From Planctomycetota bacterium (lineage in GTDB: Bacteria > Planctomycetota > GCA-002687715), in the NCBI GenBank assembly GCA_002687715.1, contig NZBC01000048.1, positions 6,402-70,401 of the forward strand: a stretch of 64,000 nt of DNA. Reading direction: 5' to 3'. The translations under genes were made by a program, and so were the position numbers. Shown here in pieces: positions 20,259 through 29,613 of this stretch. Each line of letters opens with the position of its first letter. Position 1 is the first letter of the stretch. The notes under the pieces are model-generated. The model had not been told where the DNA came from. It searched no databases and worked only from the letters and a program-made list of their open reading frames with translations.

Positions 20259-21653
20259 ATGGTCTTCTCCGAGTACACCTTCCTCTTCCATTTCCTGCCG
20301 GTGTTCCTGGCGGTGTACTTCGCCACGCCCGCGCGGTTCCGAACGATCCCTCTCGTGATCGCGAGCTACGCGTTCTATGGGTGGGTCCGGTACGACTTCT
20401 GCCTGATCATGCTGGCGTCCACGGTGCTCGACTGGGCCGTGTCCCGCCGGCTGGAGGTGACGACGGGCGGGCGGGCGCGTCGGCTGTTGGTGGCGTGCTC
20501 GGTCGCCGGCAACCTCGGGCTGCTCGCCTGGTTCAAGTACAAGAACTTCGGCATCGACAGTTGGAACACGGTGGCAACGAGCCTGGACCTCCCGGAGATC
20601 ACGGTGGGCCAGTTGATCCTGCCGGTGGGGATCTCCTTCTACACGTTCCAGTCACTCTCCTACACCATCGACGTCTACCGGCGTACCGTCCCCGCAGAGC
20701 GAAGCTTCCTCACATTCGCCGCGTACGTATCGCTCTTCCCCCAGCTCGTCGCCGGTCCGATCGTCCGGTACCGCGAGATCCGTGAGTCGCTCGCCGCGCC
20801 GGGCCCGGACACCGCACTCTTCGCTCGCGGGGTGTTCCGATTCGGACTCGGGCTCGCGAAGAAGGTGCTCATCGCTGACTCCGTCGGACGGTTCGCGGAT
20901 CACCTCTTCGACGGACCATTCGCCGGCACAGGCGCGATCGACGCGTGGACCGGCGTCGTCGCGTATTCAGTCCAGATCTACTTCGACTTCTCCGGCTACT
21001 CCGACATGGCCATCGGGCTCGGCGCGATGCTCGGGTTCCGGCTCCCGGAGAACTTCGATTCCCCCTACCGATCAGCGTCGGTCACCGAATTCTGGCGCCG
21101 GTGGCACATGACGTTGTCGAGCTGGCTCCGGGATTACCTCTACATCCCGCTCGGCGGTAACCGCCGCGGCCGCGCGCGGACGTGGGTGAACCTCGCCGTG
21201 ACCATGCTGCTCTGCGGCCTGTGGCACGGTGCGCAGTGGACGTTCGTCGCGTGGGGGGCGTGGCACGGAGCGTTGTTGCTCGTCGAACGCGCGGGCCTGG
21301 TCGGCGACCTCGATCGCTTCCGCCCGGTACGCCGGTTCGGGACCTTGCTCTGCGTCACTCTGGGCTGGGTGGTGTTTCGGGCGGCGGACTTCGACGTCGC
21401 AGGACGGATCTTCCGCAGCCTCTTCTTCCTCGACGGTCTCGGGACGTTCACCCTCGCCCTCTGGTGGTCTCCGCTGCCGGGTCTGATCGCGCTGAGCGCC
21501 GGAGTCCTGCTCGCGGTGTGGTCTCCGAACACCGCGGTCTTCGAACGACGCATCACTACGCCGCGGGCTGCCTGCGCGATCGCGCTGTTCTGGCTCGCTT
21601 GCCTCACCGTCCTGTTCCAGGACTACAGCCCGTTCCTGTACTTCCAGTTCTGA
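20259..21653 (+). CDS. MBOAT O-acyltransferase, AlgI/PatA-like
   Basis: LPVGISFYTFQ, FPQLVAGPI, QIYFDFSGYSDMA, FWRRWH and GLWHGA motifs. Confidence 0.93.
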   Translation: MVFSEYTFLFHFLPVFLAVYFATPARFRTIPLVIASYAFYGWVRYDFCLIMLASTVLDWAVSRRLEVTTGGRARRLLVACSVAGNLGLLAWFKYKNFGIDSWNTVATSLDLPEITVGQLILPVGISFYTFQSLSYTIDVYRRTVPAERSFLTFAAYVSLFPQLVAGPIVRYREIRESLAAPGPDTALFARGVFRFGLGLAKKVLIADSVGRFADHLFDGPFAGTGAIDAWTGVVAYSVQIYFDFSGYSDMAIGLGAMLGFRLPENFDSPYRSASVTEFWRRWHMTLSSWLRDYLYIPLGGNRRGRARTWVNLAVTMLLCGLWHGAQWTFVAWGAWHGALLLVERAGLVGDLDRFRPVRRFGTLLCVTLGWVVFRAADFDVAGRIFRSLFFLDGLGTFTLALWWSPLPGLIALSAGVLLAVWSPNTAVFERRITTPRAACAIALFWLACLTVLFQDYSPFLYFQF

Positions 21654-21659
21654 TCACCC

Positions 21660-22727
21660 ATGACCGAACCTCCCCTGATCGCACGACTCCTGCTCATCGG
21701 CGGGTTCCTCGCCGTGACGATCACAGTCCCCGTCATCGACGGCTCGGGGTTCTGGCGAGACCCCGAGGATCCGCGCGAACGGAGAGCCGTCGAGAATCTC
21801 CGCTCCGAGTGGGAACCGAGCTTCGAGACGCTGGAGGACGGTCGGTGGGCGCGGCATCTGCAGCTCCGGATCGCCGACGCGTCCCGGGTCGGAGCCTGGC
21901 TGCGTCCGTCGTACTTCGAAGCGCGGGTCGGGCTGCTCCGGGATCCCCCGCATCGCGTGGTCATCGGGAAAGACGGGTGGCTCTTCCTCGCCCGCTCCCT
22001 GCGCCACCAGGGCCGGTCGCCCTTGCGGCTACACGCGCTGCTTCGCGAGGCGCTTCGCCAGAAGATCCCGCTGGGAATCGGCTTCATTCCGTCCAAGGGC
22101 GAGATGCACCCGGACAAGCTGCCGTTCCCGATGGAACCTGCGCGCGCTCGGCTGTACGACCGCCTGACCGCCCAGGTCCGCAAGGCGAAGGTCCCGTTCG
22201 TCGACCTGCGCGCCGCGCTGAAGGAGGCAGCGCAAACCCATGGCCGGTCCATGTTCATTCCGAGCGATACCCACACCGACAGTGTCGGGCTGCTGGTGCT
22301 CGCCCGCACGATTGCGCGGGAGTTTCGCCTCGCCACGGACAAGCGCATCGAGGAGTTCTCCCGAGCCGCGGTTTCATATCGGCACCCGATGCGAACTCAC
22401 CTGGGGGATCTGCAGACCATGCTCGGCGTCGCGGAGGGGTCGCCGACCTGGCGGCGCTTCGACGTGAACGTGGCCGAGCTCAAATCGATCGACCAGCCGC
22501 CGCTGAGCGACGCATCCGCGCATCTGTGGATCGGCGATTCCTTCTCGACCAACAACGCGCTCTACCTGCCGCGTATCACCGCGGAGATGGCAGGCTGGCC
22601 CGACCTGCACCTCGTCAACTACCAACCAGGGTGGGACAAGATCGCCCTGGCCCGGCTGCGGGGGCCGACCAAGCCGAAGACGGTCGTGGTCGTGCTGTCG
22701 GCGCGCTGGTTCCGGCTGACGCGTTGA
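21660..22727 (+). CDS. AlgJ/AlgX-like SGNH O-acetyltransferase partner
   Basis: N-terminal TM; VIGKDGWLFL, DTH and IGDSF motifs; adjacent to the MBOAT gene. Confidence 0.8.
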   Translation: MTEPPLIARLLLIGGFLAVTITVPVIDGSGFWRDPEDPRERRAVENLRSEWEPSFETLEDGRWARHLQLRIADASRVGAWLRPSYFEARVGLLRDPPHRVVIGKDGWLFLARSLRHQGRSPLRLHALLREALRQKIPLGIGFIPSKGEMHPDKLPFPMEPARARLYDRLTAQVRKAKVPFVDLRAALKEAAQTHGRSMFIPSDTHTDSVGLLVLARTIAREFRLATDKRIEEFSRAAVSYRHPMRTHLGDLQTMLGVAEGSPTWRRFDVNVAELKSIDQPPLSDASAHLWIGDSFSTNNALYLPRITAEMAGWPDLHLVNYQPGWDKIALARLRGPTKPKTVVVVLSARWFRLTR

Positions 22728-22746
22728 CCGCTTCGAGCTCGTCTCG

Positions 22747-22900
22747 CGCCTTGCACCCGCGGAGATCCGCTACATCCTCGAGCACGGAGAGGCGGAGGTG
22801 CTCTTCGCGGCGGCCGACCTGTTGAGCCTGCTCTCGTTCCCGCTCTTCCACATCGGAGGACTGTGGTGGGCGGTGACGACGCTCTGCGCGGGAGCCCGTG
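22747..22900 (+). pseudogene. Remnant of an AMP-binding acyl-CoA ligase/adenylation domain
   Basis: Frame reads RLAPAEIRYILEHGEAEVLF...LSFPLFHIGGLWWAVTTLCAGA, two normally distant AMP-binding motifs juxtaposed. Confidence 0.6.
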
Positions 22901-22918
22901 GTAGGCGGCGAAGGGCTG

Positions 22919-22958
22919 CAGACCCACCAGACCCACCAGACCCACCAGACCCGCCAGA
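22919..22958. repeat. 9-bp tandem repeat (CAGACCCAC, about 4 copies)
   Basis: Read directly from the sequence. Confidence 0.7.
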
Positions 22959-23417
22959 ACGACGCAGGTGGCGGTACGAGGTATGCCGTAGTCGGCGGTC
23001 AACCACTCCTGACCCGCAGCCCGAGGAGCTCCAGTCTTGGGATCGATGAGGGCGAACTCCCCTCCCTTTTGCGACCTGTCTCGCGAAGGCCTCCCTCGAG
23101 GTTCAGATCATCGGGGGGAGCCCCCCGGGTGGACGCGTCAACGTCCTCTCGGAGCTCGGGGTTGCGTTCAAGGCGGCCAGAACCCCGCTCGAAGCCCCAG
23201 ATTCGCGCATTCCCGGGACCTCTGGACACAGGGGGGGGCCAGCGAGGTAGACTCGTGCACGTCACCCGAGCCGTTCCCGAGCCGTTTTCCCACGACGCGC
23301 TTTTCGGCCACTCGCCCCCACGAGTCTTCTTTTCTGCTAGCAGCCCGTCCCTCTCGCAGTGCGCGGCCCGCGAGAGGATCGCCGTCTATCAACCTCGCCG
23401 CGCCGAGCTGAGTATCC

Positions 23418-25988
23418 ATGAAGATCCTCGCCAGCCTGCTAATCGTGCTCGTGGCGGTCGCGCTCCCGGTCACCGCCCAATCCGAAACCGCGGTTCGCGT
23501 GATGACCACCGACCAGGGGTCGCAGCGGATCATCGTCGACACGGCGCACGGCGATCAGACGTTGCACCATACGCAATACGCGGTGCTGAACGCCCGCGTA
23601 CATCCGGTAGCCGGGTCGTCGGCCGTGGGCCTCACCTGGACCGAGCTGCGCCCCGGCCGACCGGTGCAGTTCCAGACCGTCAGCGTTGACGGCCAGAAGT
23701 TCATCGAGCCTCGGGAAACGACCTACGACCTGCAGTTGAAGTACGGCGGGTTCGACCCGTTGTTCGCCCAGCCGCAGATCCCGGCTCACCTGGACGCGAA
23801 CCAGGGCGGGCGTCAGTGGATCGTCCAGTACTGGACCCAGGGCCTCGAGCAGTATCGTGACGAGCTCCGCCGCCTCGGCGCCGTGATTCACCTCCATCTG
23901 CCGAACCACGCCAACGTCGTCGAGATGGATCCGTCGCTCGTGTCGACGGTCGCCACGCTCCCCTTCGTCCGCGCAGTGGTCAGCTTCCACCCCGCGTACA
24001 AGCTCGAGACGTCGCTTCTGACCGAGCAGCTCCAGGGCTTCTCCGGATCCGCGACCCGTCGCATCAACATCATGGCGTTCCGCCGTGGTCTCGTCGGGCA
24101 GAACCCGATCGCTGCTCGCGTGCGCGCGCTCGGCGGCTCGGTCCACAAGCTCGACCCGTACATCTTCACGATGGTGGCCACCGTCAACATCGGCATCATC
24201 GCCGACCTCGCCCGCATGGACGAGGTCCAGTGGATGGATCCGTACGGCGACCCCGAGGACGACATGAACATCGCGCGCCAGTTCCACGGCGCCGACTACA
24301 TCGAGACCCAGGCCGGATTCGACGGCACCGGAGTCCGCGCTGAGGTCCTCGACAGCGGCTGCCTCACCACCCACCAGGAGTTCCAGTCGCCGCCGCTCAT
24401 CCCGCACGGCGCGCTCGTGTCGGCCTCCCACGGCACCAGCACCACCGGTCAGGTGTTCGCGACGGGCGTCGACCCCACCGCGCGGGGCATGCTCCCGGCG
24501 GGCCAGGGCGTCGCGGCGTTCTACAACGGCCTCGCCGGCGGCAGCCGCTACAACCACTCGGCTGAGCTGGTCAACCCGGGGCTCGGCTACCGCTGCGTCT
24601 TCCAGACCAACTCCTGGGGTGGCCCCCGGACGACGTCCTACAACAGCTCGTCGCAGGAGATGGATCTCATCCTCTTCGATCTCGAGAGCCTGGTCATCAC
24701 CCAGTCGCAGTCGAACGCGGGCAATCAGATGTCGCGCCCGCAGGCGTGGGCGAAAAACTGCGTCGGCGTCGGCGCCGCGGATCATGTCAACACCCTGACC
24801 CCGAACGACGACAACATCTCCGGCGCCAGCATCGGCCCCGCGCAGGATGGACGCGTCAAGCCGGAGCTCGCCAGCTTCTACGACAACATCCGCACGACCT
24901 CCAACTCCAGCACCACGTCGTACACCAACAGCTTCGGCGGCACCAGCGGCGCGACTCCCATCGTCGCCGGGTCCTTCGGCCTCTTCTACCAGATGTGGCA
25001 CAACGGCATCTTCGGCAACCCGACCGCCACCACGGTGTTCCAGAGCCGTCCGAAGAACACGACCGCCCGCGCGTTCATGATCGCCGGTGCGCGTCAGTGG
25101 AACTGGCCCGGCGTTCCGGCCAACAGTGGACTGGACCGTGACAAGCAGGGCTGGGGCCATCCGGACCTGCAGCGGCTCTACGACTACCGCAGCCGCATCT
25201 ACTACGTGGATGAGACCGACTTCCTCACCAACCTGCAGAGCACGTCGCACGCCGTGACGGTCCCCGCGGGCGAGACGCTCTTCAAGGCGTGCCTCACCTG
25301 GCGCGACAACCCCGGCACGGTGTCGGCTACGCAGCACCTCATCAACAACCTCGACCTCCGCGTGACCTCGCCGAGTGGGCAGGTCTACCTGGGCAACGTG
25401 GGCCTGACCAACAACGCCTCCGGCAGTGCGGGCGAAGCCCTGTTCTCGTCGACCGGCGGCAGCGCCGACACGAAGAACTCGGTGGAGAACGTGTTCGTCC
25501 AGAACCCGCAGGCCGGCACCTGGGTCGTCGAGGTCATCGCCACGAGCCTGAACCAGGACATCCACCCCGAGACCTCGGCGCTCGACGCCGACTACGCGCT
25601 GTGCATCCTCGGAGTGCTGCCAGGCACGGTTTCGTTCTTCGACCTGAGCCTGACCTCGAATGCCGGCGGTGACCTGACGATGGACATCGACAACGTCCCC
25701 GCCGGAACGACCCAGGGCTTCACGGTGTTCTCGGAGATGGCGGCCGGCCCGGTGGGCGGTGGCGTCCTGTTCGGCCTCAACCCGACCCTGATCTCGCTGT
25801 TCTCGTTCCAGGTCCCGGTCGGGGTCGGCAACGTGTTCCACTGGTCGTACCCGTCCGGTGGTGCGTATCCCGACGCTCCGGTGACGTTCCCGGGCCTGCC
25901 CGCGAGCCTCTACCCGATCGATGCCGTGGGACTCGCGATCGACGGCGCCTTCAACATCTCGGTGACCCCGAACCGCCGCGCTCTCTGA
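23418..25988 (+). CDS. Secreted S8 (subtilisin-like) serine protease
   Basis: Signal peptide; VLDSG (Asp), SHGT (His), FGGTSGATP (Ser); NNLDLRV P-domain; C-terminal domain. Confidence 0.9.
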   Translation: MKILASLLIVLVAVALPVTAQSETAVRVMTTDQGSQRIIVDTAHGDQTLHHTQYAVLNARVHPVAGSSAVGLTWTELRPGRPVQFQTVSVDGQKFIEPRETTYDLQLKYGGFDPLFAQPQIPAHLDANQGGRQWIVQYWTQGLEQYRDELRRLGAVIHLHLPNHANVVEMDPSLVSTVATLPFVRAVVSFHPAYKLETSLLTEQLQGFSGSATRRINIMAFRRGLVGQNPIAARVRALGGSVHKLDPYIFTMVATVNIGIIADLARMDEVQWMDPYGDPEDDMNIARQFHGADYIETQAGFDGTGVRAEVLDSGCLTTHQEFQSPPLIPHGALVSASHGTSTTGQVFATGVDPTARGMLPAGQGVAAFYNGLAGGSRYNHSAELVNPGLGYRCVFQTNSWGGPRTTSYNSSSQEMDLILFDLESLVITQSQSNAGNQMSRPQAWAKNCVGVGAADHVNTLTPNDDNISGASIGPAQDGRVKPELASFYDNIRTTSNSSTTSYTNSFGGTSGATPIVAGSFGLFYQMWHNGIFGNPTATTVFQSRPKNTTARAFMIAGARQWNWPGVPANSGLDRDKQGWGHPDLQRLYDYRSRIYYVDETDFLTNLQSTSHAVTVPAGETLFKACLTWRDNPGTVSATQHLINNLDLRVTSPSGQVYLGNVGLTNNASGSAGEALFSSTGGSADTKNSVENVFVQNPQAGTWVVEVIATSLNQDIHPETSALDADYALCILGVLPGTVSFFDLSLTSNAGGDLTMDIDNVPAGTTQGFTVFSEMAAGPVGGGVLFGLNPTLISLFSFQVPVGVGNVFHWSYPSGGAYPDAPVTFPGLPASLYPIDAVGLAIDGAFNISVTPNRRAL

Positions 25989-26009
25989 GTCGGCCCGGTT
26001 CTGGATGAG

Positions 26010-26050
26010 ACGCGGTCCGCGGCCCAGGGTCGCGGACCGCGTTTCTTTTT
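26010..26050 (+). terminator. Intrinsic terminator
   Basis: 12-bp stem ACGCGGTCCGCG/CGCGGACCGCGT followed by TTCTTTTT. Confidence 0.85.
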
Positions 26051-26107
26051 CGACCATCACCGGCGCGCCGCGACCGGACCTCCCCTCTCAGAGGTGGAGG
26101 AGATCCG

Positions 26108-26425
26108 CTGGGGAATACGACATCCGACAGCGACGACCGGATCGGCAAGCTCACGGAGGAGGCGGCTCGCCTGCTCGCGGGCGGCCAGGCGCCCGACGTG
26201 GAGGCGCTCGAGGGTCGATTCGGCATCCCGCCCAAAGTCGCACGACGATGCCTCGAAGCGCTGGGCGCCCTCGATGCCGCGCTGGACGGCGATCATGGCC
26301 CTAGCCCGGCCCGGCAGAGCCACTCAGATCGACCGCGTTTTCGCGACCTGGCTGACGCTCGGAATGGTGCTGGCCGCCCTCTGGGCAGCGCTCCGCCCCC
26401 ACCAGATGGTCGCCGGCGGCCCTAG
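26108..26425 (+). pseudogene. Possible N-terminal remnant of a planctomycete Ser/Thr kinase
   Basis: GGAGGAG RBS then CTG; DRIGKLTEEAARLLAGGQAPDVEALEGRF...RCLEALGALD resembles the pre-kinase helical leader, but no kinase domain follows. Confidence 0.4.
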
Positions 26426-26626
26426 TCCGGCCCTTCGTGCCGTGCTGCGGCGGCCTCGGAGCCAGGATTTGGGGTGAAACCGGCGGGGACCCCCGGGTAC
26501 ACTCACTCGAGGATCTTCCCCTTCCTCTTGCTCTCGTCCCCCTAACAGCGTCCGTTCAGTAGCGCTCTGCCACAGCTCCCCCCTGCCTGGGGCGTGCTTG
26601 GTCGAGTCCTCTGTGCAAGAGATTCC

Positions 26627-29200
26627 ATGCACCACAGAACAATCCTCCGTGCCGCGATGGTGGCCCTCACCATTTCGACGTGTGCCTGGGCCCAGGGCGA
26701 TGCCCACATCGGCATCGATCCGAACGGGCATCAGCTGGTCATCGCAGACACCGGTCTCCGGACCGCAAACGTCCACGAGACCAAGTACCCAGTCCTTCAG
26801 CCCGTGCTGCGCACGGTGCCGGACAGCTCCATCGTCGCAGTGACCTGGTCGGAGCAACAGCCGAGCGGGCTCGTCGACTACTACTCGATCAGCCTCGACG
26901 GCAAGACGTTCCTGCCGGCCAAGGCGACGAACTACGTCCTGAAGCTGCGCTTCGGCGAGTACGACCCGATGCAGGGCATCCCCGGCGTTCCCCCGCACCT
27001 GGACGCGAACCAGGGGGGCAACCTGTGGATCGTCCAGTTCTGGACGCAGGCCCTGCCGGCCTATCGCGACGCGCTGCGGGACCTCGGCGCGTCGGTCCAC
27101 ATGCATCTGTGGAACCACTCGAACGTCGTCGAGATGAGTCCGGCGATGGCGGCGGCCGTCCAGGCCATGCCGCACGTTCGTGCTGTCGTCGCCTACCACC
27201 CGGCCTTCAAGCTCGACGAGACCCTCCTTCAGGAGCAGATCGCGGGCTACGCCGCGCAGGATCCGAAGCAGATCAACGTCGTCAGCCTTCGCCGCGGACT
27301 CGCGGCGCAGAATCCGATTGCAGACCGCATCCGTGCGATGGGCGCTCCCGTCCATGCAACGTCACCTGGCGTCTGGCAGATCCGGTCGACCCTGAGTCTC
27401 GCGCAGGTCGCGGAGCTCGCCCGCCGCGACGACGTGCAGTGGATCGAGATCGAGTCGCCGGGCCGCTACACCGCGGACATGGACATCGCAAAGGTCTTCC
27501 ACGGCTCGACGTACGTCTTCAACAACGCCGGCTTCGACGGCACGGGAGTCCGGGGCGAAATCTGCGACACCGGCACCCAGGCGTCTCACCCCGAGTTCCA
27601 GGCGATCCCACTCATTCCTCACGGGGTGAACAACGCGGGCTCGCACGGCACCAGCACCTACGGACAGATCTTCGCGTCGGGCGTCAACGCCCAGGCGAAG
27701 GGTATCTGCCCGAACGGTCAAGGTATCGCCAACCAGTATCAGAACTGGGCCGGCGGCAGCGAGTACAACCACACGTCTCAGCTATCCAACCCCGCGCTCC
27801 AGTACCGCGCCGTCTTCCAGACGTTCAGCGGTTTCACCGGGCTCACGACCACCTACAACTCGGGCTCGCAGACCGCCGACCAGATCCTCTTCGACAACTC
27901 GCGCATGACCATGACGCAGTCGCAGAGCAACACCGGCAACCAGAACTCGCGTTCCCGTGCGTGGGGCAAGAACTGCGTCGCCGTCGGCGGCATCTCCCAC
28001 GGCAACACGCTCACCAAGGCGGATGATGCCTGGACCGGCGCCAGCGTCGGCCCCGCGTCGGACGGCCGGGTGAAGCCGGAGCTCGCCAGCTTCTACGACA
28101 ACATCTTCACGACCACGACGACCAGCAACTACACGTCGGGCTTCGGTGGCACCTCGGGCGCCACTCCGATCGTCGCGGGCCACTTCGGCATCTTCTATCA
28201 GATGTGGCACAACGGCATCTTCAACAACCCGACGTCGACGTCGGTGTTCGACAGCCGCCCGGAGAACACGACGGCGCGCGCGATGATCGTCGCGTCAGCG
28301 ACGCAGTGGCCGTTCTCCGGTGGCGCCAGCAACATCCACCGCGATCGCCAGGGCTGGGGCCACCCCGACCTGCAACGTCTCTACGACAACCGCCTGAACC
28401 TGCTCTACATCAACGAGACCGACGTCCTCGCGCCGCTCTCGTCGACGATTCACGTCATCAACGTGTCCAGCGGTGAGCCGGAGTTCCGCGCGACGCTGTG
28501 CTGGCGCGACAACCCGGGCACCCTGTCCGGCTCGCAGCACCTCATCAACGACATGGACCTCCGCGTCACCTCGCCCTCGGGCATGGTGTACTGGGGCAAC
28601 AACGGGATGACGAACGGCGTCTCCGGTTCCGCCGGCGAGAACGAGTGGACATCGGTGGGCGGCAGCCCCGACACGACCAACTCGCTCGAGAACGTCTTCG
28701 TGCAGAACCCGCAGGCCGGCCCCTGGCTCGTCGAGGTCATCGCCTCGAACATCAACCAGGACAACCACGTCGAGACGGGAGCGCTCGACGCCGACTACGC
28801 GCTCTGTGTCATCGGCGGCCCCGCCGGCCCCCCGACGTTCTTCAACCTCGACCTCCAGACCAACGGCAACGGCGACATCTTCTTCGAGGTCCAGAACATC
28901 CCCGCCGGCACCAACCAGGGCTGGTGCTTGTTCTCCAGCGACACCTCGGGCCCGCAGGGCGGTGGTGCGGTGTTCGGGCTCTACCCGGACTTCCTCACTC
29001 TCCAGACCCTCATCAGCCCGTTGGCCGCCGGCAACCCGCTCCACTGGAGCTACCCAGCGGCCGGGCTGTTCCCGGACGTCCCGTTCAGCCTCCCCGCCGG
29101 CTCGCTCCCGCCGGCCTTCTTCCCGCTGGACGGCGTCGCCATCGCCACGGATCCCGGATTCGCGAGCGTGAGTTCTTCCCCGGTCCGCCGCGTCAACTGA
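26627..29200 (+). CDS. Secreted S8 serine protease (paralog of 23418-25988)
   Basis: Signal peptide; ICDTG, SHGT and FGGTSGATP motifs; colinear with the upstream paralog. Confidence 0.9.
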   Translation: MHHRTILRAAMVALTISTCAWAQGDAHIGIDPNGHQLVIADTGLRTANVHETKYPVLQPVLRTVPDSSIVAVTWSEQQPSGLVDYYSISLDGKTFLPAKATNYVLKLRFGEYDPMQGIPGVPPHLDANQGGNLWIVQFWTQALPAYRDALRDLGASVHMHLWNHSNVVEMSPAMAAAVQAMPHVRAVVAYHPAFKLDETLLQEQIAGYAAQDPKQINVVSLRRGLAAQNPIADRIRAMGAPVHATSPGVWQIRSTLSLAQVAELARRDDVQWIEIESPGRYTADMDIAKVFHGSTYVFNNAGFDGTGVRGEICDTGTQASHPEFQAIPLIPHGVNNAGSHGTSTYGQIFASGVNAQAKGICPNGQGIANQYQNWAGGSEYNHTSQLSNPALQYRAVFQTFSGFTGLTTTYNSGSQTADQILFDNSRMTMTQSQSNTGNQNSRSRAWGKNCVAVGGISHGNTLTKADDAWTGASVGPASDGRVKPELASFYDNIFTTTTTSNYTSGFGGTSGATPIVAGHFGIFYQMWHNGIFNNPTSTSVFDSRPENTTARAMIVASATQWPFSGGASNIHRDRQGWGHPDLQRLYDNRLNLLYINETDVLAPLSSTIHVINVSSGEPEFRATLCWRDNPGTLSGSQHLINDMDLRVTSPSGMVYWGNNGMTNGVSGSAGENEWTSVGGSPDTTNSLENVFVQNPQAGPWLVEVIASNINQDNHVETGALDADYALCVIGGPAGPPTFFNLDLQTNGNGDIFFEVQNIPAGTNQGWCLFSSDTSGPQGGGAVFGLYPDFLTLQTLISPLAAGNPLHWSYPAAGLFPDVPFSLPAGSLPPAFFPLDGVAIATDPGFASVSSSPVRRVN

Positions 29201-29232
29201 TCCGCGACCGCGTCTTGCGGCGCGCATGACGA

Positions 29233-29270
29233 AACGGCGCACGACCCTCGGGTCGGGCGCCGTTCTCTTT
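29233..29270 (+). terminator. Intrinsic terminator
   Basis: AACGGCGC-CGACC / GGTCG-GCGCCGTT stem followed by CTCTTT. Confidence 0.7.
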
Positions 29271-29318
29271 GGTTGCGATGGCGCCACCGGAATGCCCCGG
29301 CCGAGGTACTGTCCGGTC

Positions 29319-29582
29319 ATGGCCAACCGCGAAGCACGCTGCCCGCTCTGCCGCGGGACGTCATTCACGTACGGGCAAGTCGGGCGCGGCCTGCTCGGAC
29401 ACCACCCGAACCGCCTCTACCGGTTCTTCCACGCGAGCACTGCCCGCTACCGGGGGCGAGCGGCCATCCGGTCGTTCGTCTGCACGGGCTGCGGATACCT
29501 CGGAACCTACGTGGACCCGGCCGACCTCGAGCGCATGCGCGACCAGGGACGCAAGCTCTACAACGTCCGAGACCAGTACTGA
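29319..29582 (+). CDS. Small zinc-ribbon protein
   Basis: CPLC...CTGCGY; start chosen downstream of the terminator. Confidence 0.65.
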   Translation: MANREARCPLCRGTSFTYGQVGRGLLGHHPNRLYRFFHASTARYRGRAAIRSFVCTGCGYLGTYVDPADLERMRDQGRKLYNVRDQY

Positions 29583-29613
29583 CATCCCCCACCGACGAGA
29601 CTCGTGCTCTCGC

